Below the pieces are notes generated by a model. It made no database searches, was not told the origin of the DNA, and saw only the letters and a list, made by a program, of their open reading frames with translations. Positions 18,539 through 28,301 of a DNA stretch of 64,000 nt are shown here, one piece after another (positions within the stretch are counted from its first letter, which is position 1; each line of letters begins with the position of its first letter). Position numbers and translations under genes: made by a program. This DNA comes from Acidimicrobiia bacterium (GTDB lineage: Bacteria; Actinomycetota; Acidimicrobiia; Spongiisociales; ZC4RG35). The DNA lies in NCBI GenBank assembly GCA_965261135.1, contig OZ253443.1, positions 2,300,391-2,364,390 of the forward strand, given 5' to 3'.

Positions 18539-18871
18539 ATGCCCCAACCCCGCCAACACCCGATCACATACCTCGCAAAAAACGGTTCCTTCCCGGACGG
18601 CCCTTTCAGACCAAAAACCCCACCGGAGGTCTATCTCGCCGCTGCTTTGGCCAGGCGATTGAAGACGGGCATCCGGTATAACTCCATCCGATCCGTCGCC
18701 AAAAAAGCCGACCTCAGTCCCCAAACCATCATCAACATCCTCAACGGCAAATCCTGGCCAGACCTCCGCACCATCGCCAAACTAGAAAACGCTTTTAATA
18801 GCTGGCTATGGGGTACCGAACACCGCAGAGACTCGTGGACACACCGCAATAACCGCACTGATCGGTCTTAA
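18539..18871 (+). CDS. XRE-family helix-turn-helix regulator
   Basis: SIRSVAKKADLSPQTIINILNGKSWPDLRTIAKLE; divergent from the recombinase-like/transposase operon. Confidence 0.8.
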   Translation: MPQPRQHPITYLAKNGSFPDGPFRPKTPPEVYLAAALARRLKTGIRYNSIRSVAKKADLSPQTIINILNGKSWPDLRTIAKLENAFNSWLWGTEHRRDSWTHRNNRTDRS

Positions 18872-19225
18872 CTATCCGACAACCCCTGAACGCGGAGTCT
18901 CTCCAACGACAGGCGGGCAAAACCCGGATGTTCGACCAACCCTCACACATCTGCTGACCGCGACATCCCCTCCAAACACCAGACTTCCGAACACCACGGT
19001 CGGCATTCCATCTCAAATCTTGTCCGCCCCCACAAGACCTCGTGCGCTCGATGGTGTGACGCTTTCTCAGAGTAGGAATCGTCTTTCGGCTCGTGAGGTG
19101 TGGGGGCTTCTTTGGGGCTTGCGATGAACCTGTGCCCACTTCGAAGACCGGACAGGGTTGTCTATGGTCTTCTGACGCCAGCCCTCCGCGCATCGGGCAC
19201 CACAGCATAAGACCAGAGGCTGGCT

Positions 19226-22200
19226 CTAGCGGAACCCCATTGCGCAGATAATTGTCGGTTCGGCATGTGTGGTTGTTTGTGGGGGGATGCAGAGCATGCC
19301 GTCTCGCCAAAGGCTTACCACAAGGGCAGCGAGGTCTTTTGGAGAGCGGTCCTTGACGGCTTTAGCCAGTGTCTGTGTGGCGGACTCGCGTAGTGGTCGT
19401 TCATTTATGGCGTCGTGGGCGTTTCGGAGATCGGCCAGGGTGAACAGGAGATTGTCCTCGAAGGTGTCCATGTGGGCATGCAACTCTTGCCATACCCTGC
19501 CACGGACGCCTTGTAATGCGCCGGTGGCTTGGCCTCGTGGAGTACGAAGCGGCCCTTCGAAGGCTGCTGCTGTCAGTTCGTAGTGATCCTTGAGCCGTGG
19601 TAGGGGTGGGGTGGACGGGTCGCACGCCGCGAGAGTTAGTGCTTCTTGGGCTGTCATGCGTCTCTGTTCACCGTCGGGACTCACGAACGCGAACGCGTCG
19701 GAGCCGGTCACTGTTTGGGAATGTACAAGCACACCGCTCCAGTCGCTTCGATCCGGGCTTTGCCGTGTTGAGTGAACAACGTTGGGAAGGGTGCTCGCCC
19801 GTTTTGCAAGTTCAGGGTGCCGCTCTTGGGCTTGGCGCCAGATTTCATATGCCATGGAAACGGGATCGACATCGTCAACGCCGTCTTTGAGCATGTAGTT
19901 AGACGATTCGTCGTAGAGCCCGCAGATGATCTCTCCCTCGCGTTCGTCACCAAAGAACTTCTCGTCGGAACCGAGAAGTTCGGCGTTTTCGACCAAACGT
20001 TCGCGTATGCGCTTCCGGAGGGTGATTACGCCTTCGAGGGTGTTGGACGGCATTAGAGAGTAGAGCAACACTTCGGACGAGGTTTGACCGATGCGGTCCA
20101 CCCGTCCAGCGCGTTGGATGAGTTTCACCAGAGCCCAAGGAAGGTCATAGTTGACGACAATGTGAGCGTCTTGGAGGTTCTGGCCTTCAGAAAGCACATC
20201 GGTGGATACCAGCACTCTCAGTTCGCCGCCGAGGTCCTCCGGCCGTGACCGGTTGGAGACAGGCGAGAAGCGGTGGGCTGTTCTTGTTGGGTTTTCGGAG
20301 TTTCCGGTGACCAACGCCACACCTTCGACACCGCGGCGGCGCAGTTCCTCGGTCACGTATCTGGCGGTGTCTGCGGCTTCGGTGAACACCAGCACCTTTT
20401 CATTGGCGTGCTGCTGGGCGACGAGTTCCTCCAGAGCGTTCAATTTGCCGTCCGTTTCGGGTGTCCAAGTTCCGAAGTTGTCTAGCATCTGGTCGATCAG
20501 ATCCGTGTCGTGCAGCAGGCGTTGTCGGAATTTACTTACGAAAGCGCCGACGGGGGCCCAACGGACGTTCTTGGGTTTGGTGGCTTCGAGACGAGCGTAG
20601 GCTTGTTCTGGGCTGATACCTTCCCGCTTTACTAGTGTCCCTTCGTCGTCCGTGTCGTCTCCGTCGATGTCGGTTTCCACCGGCCACAGTGCGTTGCTGA
20701 CCGAGCCGACCGGTACTGGCAGGTTGTTATCGAGAGCGTGGGACGCAACCAGGTTGCGCAGTCGGTGACGGCGAAGCGTCGCCAGGAACGCAGGCCCGGA
20801 CGACGAGAGCCGTTTGAACATCATGATCCGGTTGAATCCAGAGAGATCCCCGTGGGCTGCTTCCCGAAGGTCTGCCAAGAGTTTTGCCTCGTCGGGTGTG
20901 GCCGGCTGATAGCGGGAGTTCAGGTAGGTTCCCACCTTTGATCGAGGCAGTTTCAGATCTTTAATGGCGTCGAGGGTTGTGCCAGAAGTCATGGGCTTGG
21001 CGGGGTCGCTCTCTGCCATTTCCCGTTCGACCGGCACTGGGATCCGCTTAGGGAAGTAGAACACTGTACCGTCGCCGAAACGCAGGTACTTGCGGCTCTC
21101 GCTGTCGGTGTCTGCGTAGTTGTCTTCCACGAAACGCCGGGTCCGTCTGATCAGGTAGTGAGACATCAGCCTTTGCCAGTCTTCCAAGTGCGCGGACCGT
21201 TTGAACGCGGCCAAGGTCGATGTGCGGCCACGGCAGGCCCGTTCGAAGTCGAGGTCTCCTGCTTCTGCGATGGCCTGCTCGGGCCGGATCCCCAAATCGG
21301 TGTCATTGTCGAGGAACAGCGACAACTGCGCCGCCAGATCGGAGAGGTCCTTGTTGTAGGGGGTGGCTGTCAGTAGTAGAACTTTCGAGTCGTTGTCGGA
21401 AATATATGCTTTCAGCGCCCGATGATCGCGGCGTTTCTCGTTGCGGAGGTTGTGAGCCTCGTCTATGATGACCAGGCGGTGCCGCCGCTCCTCGGGTAGC
21501 AACTTGTGGACCATCGACAGCGACATCACCTCGCCTCGCACCTCGTAGTCATGGAGGTAGCCATCCCACATGTTCTTAAGGTTCTTGGGGCACACCACCA
21601 GCGTTTCATAGCCGTTTTCTTCTTGGAGCAGCCGCGCTACTGCTGTTCCGATCAGTGTCTTCCCCAGCCCTACCACGTCGCCGATCATGGCCCCGTTCTT
21701 CTGAGTGACGATCCTCGCTGCTATCTTCACCGCGGCTGCTTGGAACTCCAACAGTTCCTGCTGCATCGACGCTGGCAATCCGTAACTGATCAGGCCCTCC
21801 CGCGCCTCTTTTGACAGGTGGTAGGCCATTTTCAAATACACGAGATAGGGATCGAGAAGATGCCCTGAGGCCCAGGACTCGTCCAGCACCTCAACAAGGT
21901 GCGGCATCACCTCAAGAGACAGCCGATCATCCCAGCGATCGTTGAACCAGCGAGCGAGCTTCCTGGTTGCGTCAACATCCAGCATGTCCACATTCAACTC
22001 GCCCTGGGTTCGCAACCCAGAATGGGTGAGGTTCGACGAGCCAACATAGGCAACCCGCGGAGCAGCGGTGTCGTCGCGGTGACACAGATACAACTTGGCA
22101 TGCAACCGATGGGCGGTATGCAACTTCACAGCCACATCGCCATCGCTGATCTGGCGGCGCAGAGTCTGCAGGCCCGCTTCGTCGCCGACCACCGGCAAAC

Positions 22201-22519
22201 CAGCCTCTAATTGCTTTCCGAACTCTTTCACGATCTCCGCTCTGTGCTGGACAGCGGTCTTTTGGTCCACCTGGTCGAGTTGCCTTCCCCAAGCCAGTCG
22301 GCGCATCTCGTCCTGAGGTGTCTCCGCCATCCCGACCAGCACCCGCACTTTCGGTTCGCCGTCAGGCGTGTCGGGCAAAAGGTCCACCGCATCGGCTATG
22401 AGATTCCATCCCCTCAGATTGAAATACCCAACAGCCACATCAAGCGTCCGTGACGATGCCAGAGTGGTCAGGAGCGCGTCCTCAACCCTCTCATCGATGT
22501 TGTCCAAAACCAGAGGCAT
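19226..22519 (-). CDS. PLD-nuclease-domain / SNF2-like helicase fusion
   Basis: LHAKLY...YVGSSNLT (HKD-like), DVVGLGKT, IIDEAHN, LLTATP, STDVLSEGQNLQ, VNYDLPW, QRAGRVDRIGQ. Confidence 0.88.
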   Translation of the reverse strand: MPLVLDNIDERVEDALLTTLASSRTLDVAVGYFNLRGWNLIADAVDLLPDTPDGEPKVRVLVGMAETPQDEMRRLAWGRQLDQVDQKTAVQHRAEIVKEFGKQLEAGLPVVGDEAGLQTLRRQISDGDVAVKLHTAHRLHAKLYLCHRDDTAAPRVAYVGSSNLTHSGLRTQGELNVDMLDVDATRKLARWFNDRWDDRLSLEVMPHLVEVLDESWASGHLLDPYLVYLKMAYHLSKEAREGLISYGLPASMQQELLEFQAAAVKIAARIVTQKNGAMIGDVVGLGKTLIGTAVARLLQEENGYETLVVCPKNLKNMWDGYLHDYEVRGEVMSLSMVHKLLPEERRHRLVIIDEAHNLRNEKRRDHRALKAYISDNDSKVLLLTATPYNKDLSDLAAQLSLFLDNDTDLGIRPEQAIAEAGDLDFERACRGRTSTLAAFKRSAHLEDWQRLMSHYLIRRTRRFVEDNYADTDSESRKYLRFGDGTVFYFPKRIPVPVEREMAESDPAKPMTSGTTLDAIKDLKLPRSKVGTYLNSRYQPATPDEAKLLADLREAAHGDLSGFNRIMMFKRLSSSGPAFLATLRRHRLRNLVASHALDNNLPVPVGSVSNALWPVETDIDGDDTDDEGTLVKREGISPEQAYARLEATKPKNVRWAPVGAFVSKFRQRLLHDTDLIDQMLDNFGTWTPETDGKLNALEELVAQQHANEKVLVFTEAADTARYVTEELRRRGVEGVALVTGNSENPTRTAHRFSPVSNRSRPEDLGGELRVLVSTDVLSEGQNLQDAHIVVNYDLPWALVKLIQRAGRVDRIGQTSSEVLLYSLMPSNTLEGVITLRKRIRERLVENAELLGSDEKFFGDEREGEIICGLYDESSNYMLKDGVDDVDPVSMAYEIWRQAQERHPELAKRASTLPNVVHSTRQSPDRSDWSGVLVHSQTVTGSDAFAFVSPDGEQRRMTAQEALTLAACDPSTPPLPRLKDHYELTAAAFEGPLRTPRGQATGALQGVRGRVWQELHAHMDTFEDNLLFTLADLRNAHDAINERPLRESATQTLAKAVKDRSPKDLAALVVSLWRDGMLCIPPQTTTHAEPTIICAMGFR

Positions 22520-22524
22520 GACCG

Positions 22525-25500
22525 CTAGCCCTCGTTCCCGAAGACCATACGATCACGCAGATTCCCCGCCGCCTCGTAGGCATCCTCAACACCCCACAAC
22601 TCCGCCAGCAACAAATCAGCTTCGTTGGTAATGTCACGACACTTGGACAAGTCATAATTCCCCACTATGAGCTTGTTATAAAGCGTCTCTGTGGGATGAT
22701 TCGGAAGTTCTTCTCTAAGTTTGATGGCGAGGCTGGCGAGGCTTCTCCGTCTTATCTGGAATCCCATGTTATCCAACGAGGTATAGGCCAAGCGTTCGAT
22801 GTCGCCTGGAAAGGAGGCCAGTGTACCTCGGTTGACATGGAAAGAATCCCCTAACATCAACCACCAAACACTTCCCCACCTTCCAGCCAACACCAAGAAC
22901 GCCAGATCCCGATGTCGCTCATCCTCAAAACTAAACCAATGCGTCTTAGAGCGAGATGCGACAACCTCCATGGTGGAGGAATCTATCGTGATGGGCTCCT
23001 CCACAAAGAGGCTAGGGGAGTAACTGCAAACCGATTTGAATCCCAACTTGTAACACCCCTTGGCATCTAGCAGGCTCGTGATCGGTTGCTGGCGTTTCAG
23101 CATGTCAACAAAAGCATTTGATAGCTTCCGAGATTTGAGGAAGGGCCATTGATGAAAACGGTCAGCGATTTCGGTTTCGAGGTGGATATATCTTATTTCT
23201 GAGAATAAGGTAGGTCGCTTCTCCGTTCTCCACCGATGACACAAGGTCGTATGCAATCCTCGATGCTGTTGGCCTCCTGAAACCAGAATTGAGTTTCGCA
23301 CATCCGCGGCAAAAAGGCTACTGGGTCGGCTGGCATACGAAGATATCCAAAGCGTCGGGAAGCGGCTGGATAGGTGCCGTCGCAATGGTTGAAAGTCGCG
23401 GCTGAAACACAGGTTGTGCATGACGATCATCGCCATCCGCCCTTGGTCGTTCAACAGCCTCGAGGCTCTCTCGACGCATGCCGCATACAGATCCGGGCAA
23501 TTCTGGGTCTTGTAACCCCGCCATTGGTAACCGAGTTTCTTCCATTGCCTTTTGGAGATGTAGGGAGGATTGCCGATGATCACATCGAAGCCTCCAGTCC
23601 CGTCTTGCCACACCTCGGGGAACTCCGCGAACCAGTGAAACGGGCTATGCGTTTCTTTCCAATCCTCAAAAGACAGAGAAGTGCTGTGCAGTTCATGAAG
23701 GGCTGGGTCTACAACTCTGCGGGCTTCCTCGAACCTGGCAACCAGCAGTTGGCGGGCATCCTCGTCCTGCCAGGCGCGGCCAGCGGTCGCCTGGGCGGAA
23801 GTGAACTCCCGGTATGCCTCTCCGGCACGTTTGGCCGCTTCGGTTGCTTTGGCGATTGCTGGGAAAGGAAGACCGCCGCCGGTGATACGGTCAGCGTCGG
23901 CGGTGTTTGCCAGACCGACCAGGAGGTTTCCTGCTTTGATGTTGAAATCCAAGTCGGGCAGCGGTTCCACCTCGGAAATATCGCTGATCTGAGCAACCAG
24001 TTTCAAGAACAGTCGCAGTTTGGCGATCTCAACAGCTTCCGGCATCAGGTCAACACCGAACAGGTTGTGCAGGCAGATGGTTTTGAGTAGCCAATAGCGT
24101 TCACCTCTATGCTGCCGGGCCTCGCTTAGAAACGATGCGGTGCCGCCCCCTCTGGCTTCGATCTCCGTAGCCCGGTACACAAGCGTCGTATACATCGGTT
24201 CGAGAACATCGATCGCAGCGAACAAAAATGCTCCGGAACCGACTGTGGGATCGCACACTGTCAGGGACCGCAACACTCCGAACGCCGTCTCGCATTCCTG
24301 CAGGGAAACCAACTGGGTCAGGTAGTCATGGATCAGCGTTTCCATGTCAAGGTTCTCGGTTACCGCGTCGTCAATGCTCCAAACCCGGGTCGGGTCGGCC
24401 AATTTCTTCCGCAAGGCGGCAACCCTTTCTCGGCGGTGAGTGATATCGCACCAGCGTTCGCCTGCCAAACCGACATCCAGAGTCGGGTCGGGTGTCTCTG
24501 ACGAGGGCCGTTCCTCTGGGGGCGGTAGGTCCTTGTCGGTTCCGTAAGTCTGGCTGTCATGTATGTATTCATCGTCAGAGTTGGACAGGAGAATGCAGGG
24601 GTCGTCCAACCCCGCGGCTACGAGTCGGTCCACCACCGCTGGAATGATCGCGGTCGCCGCCATGTAGCCGGTCACATCCGGTTTGGTGTAGTAGGCGCCT
24701 TGTTGCTTCTGGTTGACATACTGCTCGAAAATGAACCCGAGGATGTCAGGGTTGATGTCCTTGCCATCGTCATCGTCGAGATCGGGGCGCTCGTCCAGAT
24801 GCCACCGCCACTTGTCGAAGAACACAAAGATATCCTCAAAAGCCTCGTCCTTGATGTTGATGAGGTGGTTGGTTTCGAGTTGGTGCGGCAGGAATATCCC
24901 ACCGTTCACATAGGGAACCGTGCCGATGATCCGTCCAATGTCTGGGTCGCCGTATGCGACTGGAGGGGGCTGCCCCAAACCCTGGTGGAACAAGGGCAAC
25001 AGGAACTCGCGGAAGAACGCGTAGAACTGGTCGTGCCCGAAGTGCTCCCGAACCATGTTGAGCCTGTTGCTCAAATAATGGCCGTCGCCGTCGAGGAAGC
25101 CCTTCTGTTGGATGAAGTAGATGAACATGAGCCGGTTGAGTAACACCGATGCGTACCAGCTCCGTTTCTCGTCGTCTAAGGTCCCCTCGATGTGGTTGAC
25201 GAACACTTTCCGGTGACGATTGAAGGCTGTGTAGAAGGCCTTGGTGACCTTCGCGGCGTTGAACGAGCGCCGTACCCGCTCCAGTACCACCGAGGCGGTT
25301 AGATGTTCCTCTTCGTCGACGCTGAAAGAAGCCTTCCGCAGGCGCTGCATCAGGGCATGGCCGGGTTCACCCCTTCGGTGCTCGTGGTCCACCGGTCGAT
25401 ACCTGACAGCACCTAGCGGTTGCTCAGGCCACAGCCATCTCTGCGCCCCTTCGTTATCGACGAAGATCGTCAACTGGTCTCGGCAACGGCGGCGCAGTTC

Positions 25501-25737
25501 ACGCACCACCCTGTGCTGTTCCGGCCTGTCGGGGAGACCGGTAGGGCATCTCACCTCCCAGGCCGTCACGCCCCGCTTGTCGGCCACCGCCCGGGCGGTC
25601 ATGGAGGTGTCTGGCACCTGAACCTCACGCGACTGGTAGTACGGAGGTGGATTGTCCCACCCCATACTGCGGAACAAACCACTCAGATCGGCACCGTCCA
25701 ACAGGCGTTTGAGCTGCTTGTCAACTCCAACGGCCAT
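22525..25737 (-). CDS. Large N6-adenine DNA methyltransferase (Eco57I / type IIG-like)
   Basis: GAYYTKPDV, VCDPTVGSGAFL (motif I), FGVDL, IKAGNLL, FDVIIGNPPY (motif IV). Confidence 0.9.
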   Translation of the reverse strand: MAVGVDKQLKRLLDGADLSGLFRSMGWDNPPPYYQSREVQVPDTSMTARAVADKRGVTAWEVRCPTGLPDRPEQHRVVRELRRRCRDQLTIFVDNEGAQRWLWPEQPLGAVRYRPVDHEHRRGEPGHALMQRLRKASFSVDEEEHLTASVVLERVRRSFNAAKVTKAFYTAFNRHRKVFVNHIEGTLDDEKRSWYASVLLNRLMFIYFIQQKGFLDGDGHYLSNRLNMVREHFGHDQFYAFFREFLLPLFHQGLGQPPPVAYGDPDIGRIIGTVPYVNGGIFLPHQLETNHLINIKDEAFEDIFVFFDKWRWHLDERPDLDDDDGKDINPDILGFIFEQYVNQKQQGAYYTKPDVTGYMAATAIIPAVVDRLVAAGLDDPCILLSNSDDEYIHDSQTYGTDKDLPPPEERPSSETPDPTLDVGLAGERWCDITHRRERVAALRKKLADPTRVWSIDDAVTENLDMETLIHDYLTQLVSLQECETAFGVLRSLTVCDPTVGSGAFLFAAIDVLEPMYTTLVYRATEIEARGGGTASFLSEARQHRGERYWLLKTICLHNLFGVDLMPEAVEIAKLRLFLKLVAQISDISEVEPLPDLDFNIKAGNLLVGLANTADADRITGGGLPFPAIAKATEAAKRAGEAYREFTSAQATAGRAWQDEDARQLLVARFEEARRVVDPALHELHSTSLSFEDWKETHSPFHWFAEFPEVWQDGTGGFDVIIGNPPYISKRQWKKLGYQWRGYKTQNCPDLYAACVERASRLLNDQGRMAMIVMHNLCFSRDFQPLRRHLSSRFPTLWISSYASRPSSLFAADVRNSILVSGGQQHRGLHTTLCHRWRTEKRPTLFSEIRYIHLETEIADRFHQWPFLKSRKLSNAFVDMLKRQQPITSLLDAKGCYKLGFKSVCSYSPSLFVEEPITIDSSTMEVVASRSKTHWFSFEDERHRDLAFLVLAGRWGSVWWLMLGDSFHVNRGTLASFPGDIERLAYTSLDNMGFQIRRRSLASLAIKLREELPNHPTETLYNKLIVGNYDLSKCRDITNEADLLLAELWGVEDAYEAAGNLRDRMVFGNEG

Positions 25738-26249
25738 CTGTTACCCCACCCTCAAGACAGTGAGTAGCGGCAACAAGGTCGCCGGCCCGAAACGCTCTCG
25801 GCAGCGCTGCCCAAACCCCCTGCGCGTTGGGAATGGCGGAGACGCTTTCGAACCGCCGGATCGGCCACGGTAACGGCTCAGCAGTTTCGCCATCCGGTAA
25901 CGCTCAATCCGCACCCGGAGAGCCTTTACCAACGCCCACGCCTCTCTATGAACTCGCAACGCGGTCAACATCCGCTCTCTTGCCGATAGCTCATCCACCA
26001 CCGCAGAATACATTACACCCAGGCGCGGCAAACTCTCACTTAATGGATCGCAGAACCCTGAAGGAGCAGATCAGCAACCGAATCGACTCCATACAGTCGT
26101 CGTAACCGCCTTGCCACAGCATTGCGAGATTCGGCTATACGCAGGAGGATCCCGTTGGTGATCCCCCTGGCGAACATAATGAGACGGATAAGAGGGACTG
26201 CCCTGCCCTCCGACAATGCCCTCCATGTCGCTCTGCAAGCGGCACGGGC

Positions 26250-27107
26250 TTAGGTCTTTTTGGTAGGCAGAAGGCGTGCTATTGAATCCAGCGTCTGTCT
26301 AGGGTGCTGGGGAGGCTTATCTTCTGGTCGTTTACCTGGTATGAAGGGCAATTGGTGGTCCTGAAGGTATAGAAACCTGCCGAAGAGTCCGGTCGCGAAC
26401 CCTGCATCCTCCTGCAGGGGACCCAATGTCCATATCCGGCAAAGGGCGCGGGCTGCCCCCTGTAGGCAGGCTACCTGGATTCTGGCAAGGCGCGGGTACC
26501 ACTCCCCACCGAACAACCCGGGTTCCTTTTGCATGAGCCGGTTCAAAAACGCGGTGTCTTCTTTGTGTTGATAAATCCACATCTCCAATTCCGACCACCG
26601 ATCTAGAGGACCTCTACTCTGGTTGCCACTCCCGTCTAGCAGAACATCTAGGTTGTGATAGCGACCTCCTTGCCCAAAATCGCCTAAGATGCCGATGATC
26701 ATCCTCCAGTGCTCATCGTCTCGCAAAACCCGTACGTCGTCCGCTATTGCGGGTCTTGACAGAAACACGGTGTCTTTGGTTACTTCTTCCAGAACCAGGT
26801 CCACCAATTTTGGAAGCCTGTGACCGTACTTCTTCCTGATGTGAGCGGAAGTGGGTAGGGCACCATCTCTCTGAAAGAGCAACAGCGCACCGGTGAGTTT
26901 TAGCAATCGTTCATAGCCCTGCGATAGCAGCAGCATGCCGGTAATCCGGTCGTCTACACCGCCATGCCAATCGTCAATGAAATCGATCCCTTTGACTAGC
27001 CATGACATGGCGACCTCGGTCTCCTCGATAAAGGCGATACGCCTTTGGACATCAATCGTCCCGAGTTTCGGGGTATTTTCTCTGTTCACCACAAGGAAGT
27101 TAGTCAA
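26250..27107 (-). CDS. Hypothetical protein, possible HEPN-fold
   Basis: LSQGYERLLK...GHRLPKL...GRYHNLD resembles the HEPN E..LK / H.L..L / RY pattern; start uncertain. Confidence 0.45.
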   Translation of the reverse strand: MTNFLVVNRENTPKLGTIDVQRRIAFIEETEVAMSWLVKGIDFIDDWHGGVDDRITGMLLLSQGYERLLKLTGALLLFQRDGALPTSAHIRKKYGHRLPKLVDLVLEEVTKDTVFLSRPAIADDVRVLRDDEHWRMIIGILGDFGQGGRYHNLDVLLDGSGNQSRGPLDRWSELEMWIYQHKEDTAFLNRLMQKEPGLFGGEWYPRLARIQVACLQGAARALCRIWTLGPLQEDAGFATGLFGRFLYLQDHQLPFIPGKRPEDKPPQHPRQTLDSIARLLPTKKT

Positions 27108-27161
27108 AAGGCATTGGACGGCCTGCCGAGACCAGCGGTTCCACAGGGAAGGATTCTGAGG

Positions 27162-28082
27162 TCATCCCACCCCACTCGCTAAACGTCTGAGTTCTGGCGT
27201 GTCGGGCACGAGCAGCGTCTCTTGGTTCGGCTTGCCGATAATGCTCACCGTGAAGCGGTACTAGCGCTGATGCGCGTAGCCAAGGCCCTTGACAAACGGG
27301 ACTGCGGCACTTCGTTGTAGCAACGGGACGGATTCGATCAGGGGTTCGGCATCGTCGGTGTATACGACCGGTCCATGGGTCACCCACACCAACTGCTTGA
27401 ACGGTGTCTCGACGAGCATCATTTGGCGCTGTTTCTTATGGAACCACTCCTCAAGCGAGACTTTAGGAGGTGGCGTCATCTGAGCGACCGCGCTACCCAA
27501 TTCACGAGCAAACACCGCGGGTTCTCCGAGCGCCGTCACGCAATCGGCCTGGAACTCTCGCTCCAGTGCCATGCGTTCACGCCGTGACTTCGGAGGAAAC
27601 GATGTGCAAAACAGCCAGTCGCTGTCCGGCTTGTAGGTCACCGATCCTGAAGTCACTGCGCCCCACCAGAAGCTGTCCAAGGCTTCAGGATTCCACTTCC
27701 CTAAATGGCTTTGAAGCGACTCTTCATAGACCCCCTCGTCTGTGTCCCTGATGCCCACCCCGTCGCCTTCATACTTGCGGTAGTGCGCCGCGGTTGCCAG
27801 TTTCAACGCATCAGACCGAGTGAGTGCGTGACCCCGTTTGGAAAACTTGACAACCGACCGAGCCTCCTCCAATGCACCTATGGGATCGAGATTGACGGTG
27901 CGGACCAACACTTGATAGGGATACGGCTTGGCTTCAACGAACCCGGACTCCAAGCCAAGTTGCTCACAATCCAAATGCTCCCGCATTTCGTCACTGATCG
28001 AGGTCTCGGCCCGCAAGCCTTCTGCTTTCAGAATTGCCAGGGCATCGCTCGCCTCAAGCGGGACTGGCATTACGGCATTCAT
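27162..28082 (-). pseudogene. Paralog of the N-terminal domain of 28302-30374, interrupted by an in-frame TAG at 27261-27263
   Basis: The ORF ends FVKGLGYAHQR*; the same frame continues YRFTVSIIGKPNQETLLVPDTPELRRLASGVG to TGA at 27162, matching YADQREYRF...TPEL in the neighbour. Confidence 0.7.
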
Positions 28083-28301
28083 GGAATGAACTCAAAGTGG
28101 CTCATAGGACATTAGTTGGGGAGTGACGGTGGATTCAACGACCCAATGAACCCCGCCCTTCCCGAAAGCATGGCACCACCAGTCCTCAGGCCGCCCTTTG
28201 TTCCGTAACATCCAGTTCAAGTTCTCAATGTGGCTGCGGACCCTCGTCACAGGCGACAACCAGCCACTCCGAAGCCAGGGAGACAGACACGGAGATCAGC
28301 G

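Noticed and set aside
25741-26031. 96-aa ORF just upstream of the methyltransferase
   Set aside because: No recognisable domain and a low-complexity Arg-rich tail; cannot be supported as a gene.
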